Notes under the pieces: generated by a model
What the model was told of the DNA's origin: nothing
The model's input: only the letters and a program-made list of their open reading frames with translations
Database searches by the model: none
Shown here: positions 1-11,254 of the stretch, piece by piece
How the letters are laid out: each line of letters starts with the position of its first letter
How positions within the stretch are numbered: the first letter of the stretch is position 1
Made by a program: the position numbers and the translations under genes
Source: an uncultured Acidobacteriota bacterium
GTDB lineage: Bacteria > Acidobacteriota > Thermoanaerobaculia > UBA5066
DNA: 64,000 nucleotides
Direction of reading: 5' to 3'
Assembly: GCA_963779415.1 (NCBI GenBank)
Contig: CAVZYA010000002.1
Span: forward strand, 32,001-96,000

Positions 1-65
1 GCGAATCGTACGGTCCGAAGCTCTCCGCGTCAAGGTGCCGCGATTCAGCGGGTTAACCTCGTTCC

Positions 66-1001
66 GTGATCTCCGCACGCGCCTCGCTGCCCATAGGGCG
101 GTTCGCGCCCTCCCCCACCGGCCCGCTTCACCTCGGGAGCCTCGTCGCGGCCGTCGGCTCGTGGCTCTTCGCGCTCGTCGGTGGCGGCACGTGGCTCGTC
201 CGGATGGAGGACCTCGACACGCCGAGGGTCGTCCCCGGCGCCGCCGACGACATTCTCCGGACGCTGGAGCGGTACGGCCTGACATGGGACGGGGAGGTCG
301 TCTTTCAATCCCGGCGCCTCGCGCATTACGACGCGGCTCTGGAGATTCTTCTTGGAAAGAGGATGGCATACGCCTGCGCATGCTCGCGGGCGGATCTCGC
401 GCGTGTCGCCTCGGCGCCCGCTCGCGGCGACGAGGGCGACGCCGCGGGCGCGGCGGTCTACCCCGGCACGTGTCGCTCGGGACTCGCGCCCGGTAAGACG
501 GCGCGCGCCTTCCGCTTCCGCGTCCCCTCTGGTCTCTTCACTTTCGAAGATCTTCTCTTTGGTTCCCTTTCCCAGGACGTCGAGAGGGCCGTCGGCGACT
601 TCGTCGTCAAACGCGCGGACGGCCCGTACGCCTATCAGCTCGCCGTCGTCGTGGACGACGCGGAGCAGGGCGTCACGCAGGTCGTCCGCGGCGCGGATCT
701 CCTCGATTCGACCGCGCGGCAGATCGCCCTCCAGCGCGCGCTCGGCCTCCCGACGCCGGTGTATGCGCATCTTCCACTCGTCCTCGCGCCGGACGGGTCG
801 AAGCTGGGAAAACGCGACGGCGCGCTCCCTCTCGCGACGCTCGACGAGGGGCGCGTCCGCGCGACGCTCGCCCTCGCGCTTCGGGTCCTCGGGCAGGAGA
901 CCGCAGAGGGGCCGCCGCCGGAGATGCTCGACGAGGCCCTCCGACACTTCTCGCCGCGCGAGGTGCCGCCGTTTCCTTACCGCCTGTCGGGGCCGGTCTG
1001 A
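66..1001 (+). CDS. gluQ: Glutamyl-Q tRNA(Asp) synthetase
   Basis: [14 protein letters not shown] (HIGH-like), CACSR...YPGTC Zn motif, [15 protein letters not shown] and KLGKR; 311 aa with no anticodon-binding domain. Confidence 0.93.
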   Translation: MISARASLPIGRFAPSPTGPLHLGSLVAAVGSWLFALVGGGTWLVRMEDLDTPRVVPGAADDILRTLERYGLTWDGEVVFQSRRLAHYDAALEILLGKRMAYACACSRADLARVASAPARGDEGDAAGAAVYPGTCRSGLAPGKTARAFRFRVPSGLFTFEDLLFGSLSQDVERAVGDFVVKRADGPYAYQLAVVVDDAEQGVTQVVRGADLLDSTARQIALQRALGLPTPVYAHLPLVLAPDGSKLGKRDGALPLATLDEGRVRATLALALRVLGQETAEGPPPEMLDEALRHFSPREVPPFPYRLSGPV

Positions 1002-2620
1002 AGAGCGAAGACGTCGATCGAGGTCCCCGCCCGAAAGAGAAGTCGCGCACCCGCGCTCCGTGCGGCCGCGACGGCCTCCGTTGCGTGCGGCACGCCTCCC
1101 GGATCGAGGGCCGATCCGGGGCCGACGAGAAGGAACTGGCGCGAGACGGCCAGAAGCGGCCGCCCCTCCAGCGAGCCGCCGCGCAGGAGATCGGTGGAGC
1201 CGGGAATCCGCACCTCCGGCTCGTCGCCGCCGAAGTAGGCGACGGCGAGATCGCCGCCGCGAAGGCCGCGCTCTTGAAGCTCATGGTCGAGCCGGATCAG
1301 GTCCTGCCCCCAGTCGAGGTTGGAATCGGCGAGCGCGGGCCGGGGGAAGAGCCGTGAGGCTATTCCTTCCCTTCCGATCGTCCGGCCGAGGGCGAGCGGC
1401 GCGAGGGCCAGGGCGGCGGTCACGAGAAGAGCGCGCGTCCCGACCCGGGCCGCGATCGTCGCCGCCGCTCCGGCCGAGGCGAGCGCCGCAGGAAGGAGAA
1501 CGTGCCGGACACCGATCCGGGGACCGGGGAGCGAGAGAACGAGGAGCACCGCGGCAGAGACGAAAAGCCGCCGCGCCCGCGGAGGCGCGCCCCGGCGCAA
1601 CGAGAGAACGGCTCCGACGAAGACGAGGAGAACCCAGACCGCCGGCGCCGTGACGAGGAGCGCGACGACGTGGTACGTGAAGGGCGGATGGCTCGTCGTC
1701 TCGCCGAGGAAGAAGGTCGGCCGCCCCGCCTCCGCCTGCCGGAGGTCCACCAGAAGTCCCGCCGCGTACCGGGCGGCGCCCGCGTCGACGCGCCCGATCG
1801 TCTGGACTCGCTCCCGGTCCTCGGGGGAGAGACGGTAGATCCGGGTCAGGAGCGACAGGTTCTCCGCGGCCGACGGAGGACTCCAGAGTCTCAGAAGCAG
1901 AACGGTCGCGAGAAGGGCGGCGAGAGGCACGCCGAGGGCGACAAGGATGCGCCTGCGGAGGTCTCCGCTCCCCGTCCGGGCCCCCGCGAGCAGAAGGAGC
2001 GCCGCCACCGGCAGGAGAAGCAGGCCGGTGAACTTCATCAGCGAGGCGAGGGCGAGAAGGAGCGCCGCGAGGAGGGCGCGCGGAGCCGAAGGCTTCTCCA
2101 GATGCTCGAGCAGCGTCGCCACGGCCGCCATGCCGAGGGCCGCGAAGGGGACGTCGGTCGTCGCCAGATGGCCGTGCGGGAAGAAGGCCGCCTGCCCCGC
2201 GACGAGCGCGGCGGCGAGAAGCCCGGCCCCCCCTCCCCCGGCCGCCGCGTAGGCCGCAACGATCAGAAGAACGAAGAAGCCGATCGTGACGCCGCGCGCC
2301 GGAAGGAGAACGGCGTCGGCGGAGATCCCGCCCCGATTCCGGAAGAGAACGTCCTGACAGCTCCGGTAAAAGGCCCGGAAAGAGACCGGGCCGTCCCGCG
2401 CTCCCGCGAGCCCCGCCGCCCGCCCGAAGAACTCCTTGGCGAGCGGCGGATGCTCGAGGTTCAGGCTCCACCCGCCATGGACGGCCTCGGCGAGGCCGGC
2501 CGCGATGTGCACCGGCTCGTCCGCCGTGGCCGAGTCGGTACGGGCATCCACGATCGACAGGACGACGACGAGAGCAAGGAGCGAAACGAGCCCGACGCGC
2601 GCAAGCCGGCCGGAGATCAC
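977..2620 (-). CDS. ArnT/PMT-like (GT-C fold) membrane glycosyltransferase
   Basis: Start moved to GTG 2620 (GTGA overlap with the upstream stop); [24 protein letters not shown] and [10 protein letters not shown] motifs; many TM segments. Confidence 0.75.
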   Translation of the reverse strand: MISGRLARVGLVSLLALVVVLSIVDARTDSATADEPVHIAAGLAEAVHGGWSLNLEHPPLAKEFFGRAAGLAGARDGPVSFRAFYRSCQDVLFRNRGGISADAVLLPARGVTIGFFVLLIVAAYAAAGGGGAGLLAAALVAGQAAFFPHGHLATTDVPFAALGMAAVATLLEHLEKPSAPRALLAALLLALASLMKFTGLLLLPVAALLLLAGARTGSGDLRRRILVALGVPLAALLATVLLLRLWSPPSAAENLSLLTRIYRLSPEDRERVQTIGRVDAGAARYAAGLLVDLRQAEAGRPTFFLGETTSHPPFTYHVVALLVTAPAVWVLLVFVGAVLSLRRGAPPRARRLFVSAAVLLVLSLPGPRIGVRHVLLPAALASAGAAATIAARVGTRALLVTAALALAPLALGRTIGREGIASRLFPRPALADSNLDWGQDLIRLDHELQERGLRGGDLAVAYFGGDEPEVRIPGSTDLLRGGSLEGRPLLAVSRQFLLVGPGSALDPGGVPHATEAVAAARSAGARLLFRAGTSIDVFALQTGPDRR

Positions 2621-3648
2621 CCGGCTTCTCCGAACGGCTCGGCGACGGACTCGGCGAGGACGGGGACGAGGAGCGCCACGACGAGGAACGCGATCCGGTC
2701 CCACGTCCACGTGACGAGCCAGGCGGGGTCGAGCTTCGTGAAGGCGAAGGCGGCGAGGAGAAGCCCGCTGAAGGCCGCCGTGCCGAGAAGGACTCCCTTG
2801 CGCCGCCGCCGGACTCCGGGCGCGGCGGCGAGGAGAACGGCGCCGCCGAGAATCCACCCGAGGTTCGGCAGGAGCGCGAGCGAAACGAACGCCTTCGCGG
2901 CGGTGGCGAGCGTCCCGAGCGAGAAGGCCGAGAGCAGATAGTCCGCCCGCGCCATCCCCGGGCCCTTCATCGCGAGAAAGAGGAGCCATGGAGAGAGACC
3001 GAAGAGGAGAGACGCGAGTGCGACGAGGAGACCTTCCCGCCGCCGCCCGGCCAGAAGGAGCCCCGCCGCGAAGATCGCCGCCGCGACGGTTCCTTCCTGT
3101 TTCGTCCAGCACGCCAGCACGAGAAAGAGCGCAAGGGTGACGGGCGCCCGCCGGGAGCTGTCGAGACGCTGCAGCTCCCCGAGGGCACCGAGGAGGAGAA
3201 CGGCGAGAAGCGCCTCGGCGTAGCCGGGATAGACGCGCCAGTACGGAAGGAGCGCGGCCACCGCGGCAGCGGCCGCTTTCGCCCACGGGGGCCCCGCGGT
3301 CGCCCGCGCGGCAAGGAGCGCGGCTGCGAGAGCGAGAAGAGGCCAGAGGAGACCGGCCGCGAGATCGTCGTACCGCCCCGTCAGAGCCCGGGAAGTCAGC
3401 GCGAGCAACGCCGGCCAGAGGGGCGGGTATTCCGGATGGGAGAAGGCCCCCACCGGATCGACGCGGAAGAGGGCCGTGAGATCGCCGGAGCGCGACAGCG
3501 CACGGGCCTTCAGCCCCCAGATCGCAACGTAGTCACCCGAGTTGAGCGGCTGCCTCACCGCGACGATCCCCGCCAGAAAGACTCCCCACCCGGCGGCCAT
3601 CACCAGAATCACCGTCGCGACGGCGCCGGCTCGTCCGGCGCGGGTCAC
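2617..3648 (-). CDS. Polytopic membrane protein, probable GT-C glycosyltransferase
   Basis: D-x3-IWGLKA, HPEYPPLWP, GYAE and TKQEG motifs; hydrophobic throughout; overlaps both neighbours by 4 nt. Confidence 0.6.
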   Translation of the reverse strand: MTRAGRAGAVATVILVMAAGWGVFLAGIVAVRQPLNSGDYVAIWGLKARALSRSGDLTALFRVDPVGAFSHPEYPPLWPALLALTSRALTGRYDDLAAGLLWPLLALAAALLAARATAGPPWAKAAAAAVAALLPYWRVYPGYAEALLAVLLLGALGELQRLDSSRRAPVTLALFLVLACWTKQEGTVAAAIFAAGLLLAGRRREGLLVALASLLFGLSPWLLFLAMKGPGMARADYLLSAFSLGTLATAAKAFVSLALLPNLGWILGGAVLLAAAPGVRRRRKGVLLGTAAFSGLLLAAFAFTKLDPAWLVTWTWDRIAFLVVALLVPVLAESVAEPFGEAG

Positions 3649-4052
3649 GGCGCCTCCCGGGGAAGCGGACGGAACCGGAAGCGGGCGTCCGGGATCTCCG
3701 CGCGTTCGAGGACGACGCGCCGCGGCGCGAGGACGAGGCCCGCCACGCGCCGGCGGGTCTCCGCGCCGTCATCGGAAACCGCCGGTGGAAGAGTCAGGAG
3801 GACGTCGACGCCGAGGGGCCATCGCGCGTCGGCGGCCGCGACCGTTACCGCGAACTCCGTGTCGCCCCGGAAATAGGGCGCGTTGAGGAGCCGGCTCCGG
3901 TATCCCGCGCGCCAGAACTTTCCGGCGAGGGAAAACGACACCGAAAGCGGGGCGTCGGGTTGTGCGCGGAGGAGGAGGGCCAGGAGCCCCGCGGCCGCCA
4001 GCCCCGCGGCCAGCAGCTTCCGTGCTCTTCCCGAAAGTCGAGCCGGGCTCAC
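3645..4052 (-). CDS. Hypothetical membrane-anchored protein
   Basis: N-terminal hydrophobic segment; GTGA overlaps on both sides within the operon. Confidence 0.55.
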   Translation of the reverse strand: MSPARLSGRARKLLAAGLAAAGLLALLLRAQPDAPLSVSFSLAGKFWRAGYRSRLLNAPYFRGDTEFAVTVAAADARWPLGVDVLLTLPPAVSDDGAETRRRVAGLVLAPRRVVLERAEIPDARFRFRPLPREAP

Positions 4053-4849
4053 GAGCGCCGGCCGAAGGCCTTTCGAAGCTCCCGGATCGTGGCGTCGAGC
4101 TGTTCGACCGGCTCGTGGAAGAGGAGCTTCCGGACCGAGCCCATCTCCCGCTCGAACTGGATGAGCGCCTCCTCGCCCTCCGGGTTTCCGGCCTGGATCA
4201 TCCGGGTCAGCTCGGATTCCTGATCGAGGATCGGCCCGATCAGCTCCACGAGGCGCCGGAACGACGTCGAGGCGCGGCCGTGGAGAGCGTCCGGGGCGAC
4301 CTCCATCGCGGCCAGCGCCGCGGCGGCCCCGAGGGCGAGGGCGTGAGTCAGCCCCATCGTCCGCGCGATCCAGGGGTCGTGCTCGGCGACGGGCATCGTC
4401 GCGATCCGGAGCCCCGACCCGTCGAAGAGGGACCTCGTCCGGCGCGCCGCCTTCGCGTCGCCGCAGTCGCAGACGATCAGGTCGTGCCCGCGAAAGCTCC
4501 GGATGGACGGTCCGAACATCGGATGGACCGAGGCGACCGAGATGCCCCGAAGACGCGCCGCCTCGAGGAGCGGGAGGAGCGGCGCCTTGACCGACGCGAT
4601 GTCGAAGACGAGGCCCCGCGGCTTTTCGGCGACGACGGCGGCGAACGCCTCGGCGGAGCGGGAGAGCGTGGCGGCCACGACGACGACGTCCGCCGAGGCG
4701 GCTTCGGAAAGAGGCGCCGAGCGGAAGCCCGGCACGGCCCCCTGCGGGTCGAAGATCGCGACGCGAAAACCGTTCCGGCGCAGCTGCCTCGCGAAAAGCC
4801 GCCCCATCCGCCCGGCCCCGCCGACGAGAAGAACGTTCTTCTTCTTCAT
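4049..4849 (-). CDS. tyrA: Prephenate/arogenate dehydrogenase
   Basis: ATG 4849 overlaps the tyrS stop; GGAGRMG Rossmann motif, DIASVK, HPMFGP and EHD. Confidence 0.85.
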   Translation of the reverse strand: MKKKNVLLVGGAGRMGRLFARQLRRNGFRVAIFDPQGAVPGFRSAPLSEAASADVVVVAATLSRSAEAFAAVVAEKPRGLVFDIASVKAPLLPLLEAARLRGISVASVHPMFGPSIRSFRGHDLIVCDCGDAKAARRTRSLFDGSGLRIATMPVAEHDPWIARTMGLTHALALGAAAALAAMEVAPDALHGRASTSFRRLVELIGPILDQESELTRMIQAGNPEGEEALIQFEREMGSVRKLLFHEPVEQLDATIRELRKAFGRRS

Positions 4850-6090
4850 CGCTTCACCTTGATGAATCTCTTTCCCATTCGAAGGAAAATACCGTCGCCG
4901 GGGCCGACGCGAATCCGGCCCGCCGGAGAGTCCACCTTCGACCAGGTCCGGCCGTCCTCCGAGGTCGCCACGGCCCCTTCCCGCACCTTCTGCCGCGCCA
5001 CGTTCTTGCTCGGCGCGAGGCCCGCCTCGACGAGGATCTCCGCGATGCCGCACTCGGCACCGCTCTTCGCTCCGGAGAGGACGAATTCCTCCGCGACGAC
5101 CGCTCCCGAGGCGCCCGCGAACCGGCGCGCGAATTCCTCCTCCGCGCGTCGAGCCGCCTCGTCGCCGTGGAAGTCCGTCACGAGCCTCCGCGCGAGATCC
5201 ATCTTCACCCTCTTCGGGTGTGCCTTTCCTTCGGCCACCTCGGCCCTCAGCGCGTCGATCTCGGCCGGGCGGAGGTCGGTCAGGAGAGTCCAGTAGCTCC
5301 ACATCGCCACGTCCGAGACCGACATCACCTTCCCGTAGATCTCGTCCGGGGGCTCGGCGATCCCGATCTGGTTGCCCAGCGACTTCGACATCTTCTCCAC
5401 GCCGTCGAGTCCCACGAGGAGCGGGAGCGTCATGACGACTTGCGGCTCCTGCCCCCACTCGCGCATCAGGTCGCGGCCGACGAGGAGATTGAAGAGCTGG
5501 TCGGTTCCCCCCAGCTCCACGTCGCACGAGAGTGCGACCGAGTCGTACCCCTGGCAGAGGGGGTAGAGCAGCTCGTGGACGGCGATCGGCTTCTGCGCCG
5601 CGAAGCGCTTGGCGAAGTCGTCCCTCTCGAGAAGCCGCGCCACCGTGTACTTCGCGGCGAGGCGGATCATTCCGTCCGCGCCGAGGGCCCCGAGCCAGCG
5701 CGAGTTGAAGTCGACGATCGTCGACTTCGGGTCGAGGATCCTGAAGACCTGCGCCTTGTACGTCTCCGCGTTCGCCAGGACCTCGTCCCGCGTCAGCTGC
5801 GGGCGCGTCGCCCTCTTCCCGGTCGGGTCGCCGATCATCCCGGTGAAGTCCCCGATCAGGAAGACGACCTCGTGTCCCAGCTCCTGGAAGTGGCGCATCT
5901 TCCGGAAGACGACCGTGTGCCCGAGGTGGAGGTCGGGAGCCGACGGGTCGAACCCGACCTTCACGCGGAGGGGCTTCCCCGTCTTCTCCGACCGGGCCAG
6001 CTTCTTTTCCAGCTCATCGCGCTGGACGCAGCTCTCGATCCCTTTCAGGAGGAGATCGAGCTGCTCGGCGACGGGAGGAAAGGCCGGCAT
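4846..6090 (-). CDS. tyrS: Tyrosine--tRNA ligase
   Basis: [25 protein letters not shown] and KMSKS; C-terminal S4-like domain. Confidence 0.97.
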   Translation of the reverse strand: MPAFPPVAEQLDLLLKGIESCVQRDELEKKLARSEKTGKPLRVKVGFDPSAPDLHLGHTVVFRKMRHFQELGHEVVFLIGDFTGMIGDPTGKRATRPQLTRDEVLANAETYKAQVFRILDPKSTIVDFNSRWLGALGADGMIRLAAKYTVARLLERDDFAKRFAAQKPIAVHELLYPLCQGYDSVALSCDVELGGTDQLFNLLVGRDLMREWGQEPQVVMTLPLLVGLDGVEKMSKSLGNQIGIAEPPDEIYGKVMSVSDVAMWSYWTLLTDLRPAEIDALRAEVAEGKAHPKRVKMDLARRLVTDFHGDEAARRAEEEFARRFAGASGAVVAEEFVLSGAKSGAECGIAEILVEAGLAPSKNVARQKVREGAVATSEDGRTWSKVDSPAGRIRVGPGDGIFLRMGKRFIKVKR

Positions 6091-6124
6091 CCTCCGGATT
6101 GTAGGAGAGCCTTCCCCCGGAGCC

Positions 6125-6769
6125 TCAGGAAGAGAGCAGCCTCTCCAGCCGCGCGAAGAGGAACTCCATCGCGGCGGCGTTTTCGCCCCCTTCGGGGATG
6201 ATCAGGTCGGCCCAGCGCTTCGACGGCTCGACGAACTCGAGATGCATCGGGCGGACGGAGGTGGTGTACTGCTCGACGACGCTCTCCAGCGTCCTCCCCC
6301 GCTCGGCGATGTCGCGCCGGATCCGCCGGATGAGGCGGACGTCCGCGTCCGTGTCGACGAAGATTTTCACGTCGAAAAGCCTCCGAAGCTCCGGCTCGGC
6401 GAAGATGAGGATCCCTTCCACGAGGACGATCCGCTTCGGAAGGACGCGCCGCGTCCGGGGAGTCCGGCGGTGGACCCGGAAGTCGTAGATCGGCGCCTCG
6501 ATGGCCAGCCCCTGCTTGAGCGCCTGGAGGTGCCGGACGAGAAGCCCGGTCTCGAGCGAGTCGGGATGGTCGAAGTTCTTCCGGTCGAGGACGTCCTTAG
6601 GCAGGTCCGACCAGTCGCGGTAGTAGGCGTCGTGGAAGAGGACGGAAATCCGGTCGTCGCCGACGCGCCGGAGGATGGCGTTCGCGACGGTCGTCTTTCC
6701 GGACCCCGTCCCCCCCGCGACGCCGATGACGAAGGGAGCAGGCTCTCCCTCCGGACTACTTGAAGGCAT
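6125..6769 (-). CDS. udk: Uridine kinase
   Basis: [14 protein letters not shown]-loop, [18 protein letters not shown] and [14 protein letters not shown]. Confidence 0.95.
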   Translation of the reverse strand: MPSSSPEGEPAPFVIGVAGGTGSGKTTVANAILRRVGDDRISVLFHDAYYRDWSDLPKDVLDRKNFDHPDSLETGLLVRHLQALKQGLAIEAPIYDFRVHRRTPRTRRVLPKRIVLVEGILIFAEPELRRLFDVKIFVDTDADVRLIRRIRRDIAERGRTLESVVEQYTTSVRPMHLEFVEPSKRWADLIIPEGGENAAAMEFLFARLERLLSS

Positions 6770-7697
6770 CCAGCATCTCCTTCGCCACGGCGGCGTCGGA
6801 GCCCTTCGGGTCGAGCCTCAAGTACTCCGTCAGGTGCTGCTTCATGTCGGGAATCTTGTTCAGATTCACGCAGGTCATCCCGAGGAGGAAATGCGCCCTG
6901 GCGTAATCGGGCTTCACCTCGAGGACCTTCCGGAGGATCGGCTCGGCCCCCTTGAAGTCGTTCTTGTTGTAGAGGTCGACCGCCTGGTTGTAGAGGATGT
7001 CGGGGTTGTCCGGATTCGCCGCGGCGTACTTCTTCTCGTACTCGGCCGCCTTCGCCTTGTCCCCCTTCGTCCGGTACGCCTCGACGAGAAGGCCGTCGAG
7101 GTCCGTCTGCTCGGGATCGAGCGAGAGCGCCTTCTCGCCGTATGCGATCGCCTTGTCCCACTCCTTCGACAGACGGGCGATCTTGGCGGCGAGGGCCCAT
7201 CCGCCGGCCTTCTCCGGACCGAGCTTCGTCGCTTCCTCGGCCAGGGCGAGAGCGCCGGGGAGCTCCTTGGCGTGGAACTTTTCCACGGCTCCGTTGAAGG
7301 CCTCCACGTACGGGTCCTTCCTGATTTCCGCCTTGCCGGTCGCGACGGCCTGCTCGGCCGTGTAGAGGACCGTCGAGAACTCCTCCGTCGAGCCGACGCC
7401 GACCTTCTTCGTCATCTCCCACGTGACGTGGCCCTGCTTCTCGAACTTGTAGGTGTAGGGGGGGACCGCATTGCCGAGGATCGACCCCCACTTCCCGTTC
7501 TTGTCGGTCACGAGCTCGAGCTTGAACCGTGTGAGGGCCGTCGTCGTGATGGTGATCCTCACCCCTTCGAGCGGGACTCCCTTGGCGTCCTTGACGATGC
7601 CCTGGACCCGGGCCTGCTGCGCCGAAGCCCCGCCGGCGAAGACGAGGGCCGCCGCGACGAGGAGCGCCCACGCGAGATGAGAGCGGCGAGTGCGCAT
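6756..7697 (-). CDS. Secreted protein with carboxypeptidase-regulatory-like domain and TPR repeats
   Basis: Signal peptide; GIVKDAKGVPLEGVRI...TDKNG N-terminal domain; several TPR-like helical repeats. Confidence 0.8.
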   Translation of the reverse strand: MRTRRSHLAWALLVAAALVFAGGASAQQARVQGIVKDAKGVPLEGVRITITTTALTRFKLELVTDKNGKWGSILGNAVPPYTYKFEKQGHVTWEMTKKVGVGSTEEFSTVLYTAEQAVATGKAEIRKDPYVEAFNGAVEKFHAKELPGALALAEEATKLGPEKAGGWALAAKIARLSKEWDKAIAYGEKALSLDPEQTDLDGLLVEAYRTKGDKAKAAEYEKKYAAANPDNPDILYNQAVDLYNKNDFKGAEPILRKVLEVKPDYARAHFLLGMTCVNLNKIPDMKQHLTEYLRLDPKGSDAAVAKEMLDAFK

Positions 7698-7811
7698 GGA
7701 ATCCTCCGGCGAGCGCGGCCGGCACCGCGTCCTGCCGCGGTTACTCTACCCCCGCAACCCGGCTCGTCCGATCCTGCGCGTGCATCAGGGAGCCCCCCCG
7801 GCGGGCCCGGA

Positions 7812-8255
7812 TCAGTTCCGGCGGACGAGCGGGCGACCTTTCGCGTCCTTCATCGATCCGGTGGCGATGAGGATGATGTCGACGATCCACCAGATGAGGC
7901 ACCCGCCGAGCGTGAAAAGCTTCAGGAGGCCGAGGCCGACGTATCCCATGTAGAAGCGGTCCACGCCGAACTTTCCGAGGAAGATCGAGAAGAGCAGCGT
8001 CGTGAGCCAGTCCTTCGGCTCCCCGGAACCGGCCGGCGCCGGGGCCGTCGGAGGGGCCGGCTGCACCGGCAACGCCGCAACCTCGGCGATCGTCTCCTTC
8101 AGTTCGCCCCGCTCGCCGAGAGGCATCCAGCTCGCCTCGCCCGACCGGAACGAGAGACTCTGGGCGCCGACGCGTCCCTCCCGGATCCACTGTCTGAGGA
8201 CGGCCTCCTCGACCGGTCCGTACTGCTGGCCATTTGCGCCGATGACGTAGTACAT
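7812..8255 (-). CDS. GYF_2-like plus TM2 domain protein
   Basis: ATG 8255 after GGAGAAAGAGG; GQQYGPV N-terminal domain; [16 protein letters not shown]...[16 protein letters not shown]2 motif. Confidence 0.85.
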   Translation of the reverse strand: MYYVIGANGQQYGPVEEAVLRQWIREGRVGAQSLSFRSGEASWMPLGERGELKETIAEVAALPVQPAPPTAPAPAGSGEPKDWLTTLLFSIFLGKFGVDRFYMGYVGLGLLKLFTLGGCLIWWIVDIILIATGSMKDAKGRPLVRRN

Positions 8256-8369
8256 GGCGACGCCTCTTTCTCCCCTCCGATACGGAAAACGCCGGGGGGA
8301 GGTTCCCGTGGAGCTGTCCAGCCATCCTAACCGACAGGGTAGAGCGCTGGTATGTTGTATGGGGGGGTC

Positions 8370-9997
8370 ATGGCCGTCCGTACGTCGCCCGAAGCCCGCC
8401 GGAAGGCGCTGCTCGCCGCCGAGCGGCCGACCGAGGAGCTGACGCTTCACGGTCGGCACCGGATCGCCTTCGGCTTCCCGAACGCGTACGAGATCGGGAT
8501 GTCGAGCCTCGGCTTCCAGTGGGTCTACCGGCTCTTCAACCGCGAGGAGACGTGGCGTGCGAGCGCTTCTTCGTCGAGGAGGAGCTGGACCCTCGGGGCG
8601 TCCGGACGCTGGAGAGCGGAACTCCTGTCGGCCGGTTCCCGCTCGTCGCCCTTTCCGTCTCGTGGGAGATGGACTACGCGAATCTCCTCCGCTTCCTCCC
8701 CGCCGCCCGGATCCCGCTCGAACGGGAGGAGCGCGGTGAAGGGGACCCGATCGTCCTCGTCGGCGGCGACGCCGCGCGGATCAATCCCGCCCCCCTGACG
8801 CCGTGGGTCGACGTCTTCGCGATGGGGGACGGCGAGAAGCTCGTCCCCGAGATCGCCGACGTCCTCCGGAGGGATCTATCCCGCGAGGCGACGCTCGCGG
8901 CGCTTTCGGAGGTCAGGGGCCTCTACGTGCCGGCCCTCCACGGGCCCGGAGGAGAGACCGCCGGGGAGGGGCGGATCGTCGTCCAGCAGTTCAAGGCCGC
9001 CGAAGGAGCGGACCGGGAGCCACCGCACACGACGCTCCTGACCCCCCACACGGAGCTTTCCGACAAGCTCCTCGTCGAAGTGGCGCGCGGCTGCTCGGAG
9101 ATGTGCCGCTTCTGCTGGGCCGCCTACGCCATGGCGCCGCAGGTCCGGATCCCGGCGGAACGCATCCTTTCCGTGGCGACGCGCTGCCGGCCGCTCACCT
9201 CCCGGATCGGCCTCATCGCCACCGCGGTGGCCGACCACCCCGAGATCCTCCCGATCCTCCGCGGCCTTTCGGATCTCGGCTATCACATCGCCCTCTCCTC
9301 CGTGAAGATCGACGCGATCTCGGAGGAGATCCTCGCGATCCTGACGCGCCAGGGAGAGCGGGCGCTCGCGATCGCCCCCGAGGCGGGGAACGAGCGTCTC
9401 CGGCGGGCGATCAACAAGAAGGTCTCCGACGAGATGCTGCGCGAGAAGGCGCATCTCATCGCCGCCTCCGGGATCACGCAGCTGAAGCTCTACCTCCAGA
9501 TCGGGCTCCCCGGGGAGACGGACGAGGACGTCGCCGACCTCGTCCGCCTCGTGGACGACCTGCGCCGGATCTTTCTCGCCGAGGGACGAAAGCGCGGGCG
9601 GGTCGGGACGCTCGTCCCGACCGTGAACGCCTTCATCCCGAAGCCGCACACCCCCTTCGAGAACGAGGTTCTGGACGATCCCGAGAGCCTCGCGAAGAAG
9701 CTCGCTCTCCTCGGCGACGCCTTCCGGGCGATGCCGAACGTCGTCTTTCGCGGGATGCCGGTCGTCGAGGCGGTCTGGGAGGCCTACCTCGCGAAGATGG
9801 GCTTCGAGTCGGGGCCGATCCTCCGCGAGGCCGCCGCGGGGACGCCGATCCGCCGGATCGTGAAGGAGCACCGCGAGACGATCCTCTCCGTCATCCGCCC
9901 CCCCGGCGCCTCCGCGGCCGGCTCTCTCCTGGCGCGGGGCGTCTTCGACCCCCACGCGCGCGCCGCCTCCCCGTGGGGGTTCATCTCGAAGTCGTGA
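8370..9997 (+). CDS. Radical SAM protein with an N-terminal B12-binding-like region; apparent frameshift near 8555
   Basis: [15 protein letters not shown] in the 8352 frame continues as CERFF in the 8519 frame; [10 protein letters not shown] (CxxxCxxC), APEAG and FIPKPHTPF. Confidence 0.8.
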
Positions 9998-10470
9998 GAC
10001 GGCTCTTCCCGGTTCCCGTCCTCCTTGTCCTTCTTCTCTTCGCGTGCGAGACGCCCTCGGACGAAGAAGTCCTCCGGCAGACCTTCGCGGTGCCGCGCGT
10101 GGCGCGGCTCGTCTCGATCGAGGCGCAGCCGAAGAGCACCGGCGCCGACGGGCGCGAAGGGCTCACGATCGACGCCGTCTTCGGCTTCGGCCCCGACGAG
10201 CTGGAGGCCTACCGGGTCCGGCTGGAGAACGACCCGACGTGGCGCCCGCTCCCCCCTCCGGAAGAGCTCCTGGCCCGGCTTCCCGGCGGGGCGCACCCTC
10301 CCTTCGGCGCGGTGAGAGGCGCCTGGGCCTGCCGGACGGCGGGCGACGACCTGATGCGCGCGCGAAAGAGCGACTGCGCGGAGCGGACGGGAAAGCTCAA
10401 AGACGCGATGATCGCCGTCCTCGATCTCGACCGGCGGACGCTTCGCGTCCACGTCAGGACGGAATACTGA
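9994..10470 (+). CDS. Hypothetical lipoprotein
   Basis: GTG 9994 overlaps the upstream TGA; LLLFAC lipobox-like signal. Confidence 0.6.
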   Translation: MRRLFPVPVLLVLLLFACETPSDEEVLRQTFAVPRVARLVSIEAQPKSTGADGREGLTIDAVFGFGPDELEAYRVRLENDPTWRPLPPPEELLARLPGGAHPPFGAVRGAWACRTAGDDLMRARKSDCAERTGKLKDAMIAVLDLDRRTLRVHVRTEY

Positions 10471-10479
10471 CGCGCACCC

Positions 10480-11244
10480 TCATCCCTGCGCGGCGCTGAA
10501 GAACGTCTCGGCGCCCGCCTTGAGGAGCGCGCCGACGGAGTGAAGAAGGATCCGGTGCCCTTTCCCGACGAGGACCTTCGCCCGCTCGCCGGTCGGCGCG
10601 ACCGTCCCGACGAGGCGCCCGGCCGCCAGCGCCGCCTTGGTGATCCGGTCGATCGCCTCCTCCACCTCCGGATGTCCCGGTCCGTCCGCAAAGCCCATCG
10701 CCATCGAGAGATCGCGCGGGCCGATGATGAATCCGTCGACCCCGGGGACTCTCGCCAGCTCCGCGACATGCTCCATCGCCTCGACCGTCTCGATCTGCGG
10801 CAGGACGAGGGTCTCCGCGTTCGCCCTCGGAACCCAGGCGTCCTGCGCCTCGCCGCCGAGGAACCACCGGTTCGCCCGGACCGGCGCGATGCCCCGCTCC
10901 CCCTCGGGCGGGTATTTCACGGCGGAGACGAGGCGCCGGGCCTCCTCCACCGTCCGGACTCCGGGAAGCATCACTCCCTGCATCCCGGCGTCGAGGTACT
11001 GGAGGATCAGCTTCGGGTCGAGGCCACGCGGCCGGACGAGGGGCGCCATCCCGACGATCTCGCAGGCGCGGACGAACGCCTCGGCCTCGCGCGGCCCGGC
11101 CGGGCCGTGCTCCGTGTCGAGGATGAAGAGGTCGAACCCGAGGAGGCCCACCATCTCGACGAGAGAGCCGTCCGTGTCGGGCGAGAGGAGGCCGAAGAGG
11201 GCGTTTCCGTCTGCGAAGCGCTGGCGGAGGGTGGGGCGTGTCAT
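10480..11244 (-). CDS. HpcH/HpaI aldolase family protein
   Basis: DTEHGP, LDAG..GVM.P, YPPEGERG, QIET and IGPRDLS. Confidence 0.9.
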   Translation of the reverse strand: MTRPTLRQRFADGNALFGLLSPDTDGSLVEMVGLLGFDLFILDTEHGPAGPREAEAFVRACEIVGMAPLVRPRGLDPKLILQYLDAGMQGVMLPGVRTVEEARRLVSAVKYPPEGERGIAPVRANRWFLGGEAQDAWVPRANAETLVLPQIETVEAMEHVAELARVPGVDGFIIGPRDLSMAMGFADGPGHPEVEEAIDRITKAALAAGRLVGTVAPTGERAKVLVGKGHRILLHSVGALLKAGAETFFSAAQG

Positions 11245-11254
11245 CCCTCCATTC

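Noticed and set aside
8370-9997. Programmed frameshift or RiPP role for the radical SAM gene
   Set aside because: No slippery sequence at the shift near 8555 and no precursor peptide or SPASM motif; a single-base sequencing error is more likely
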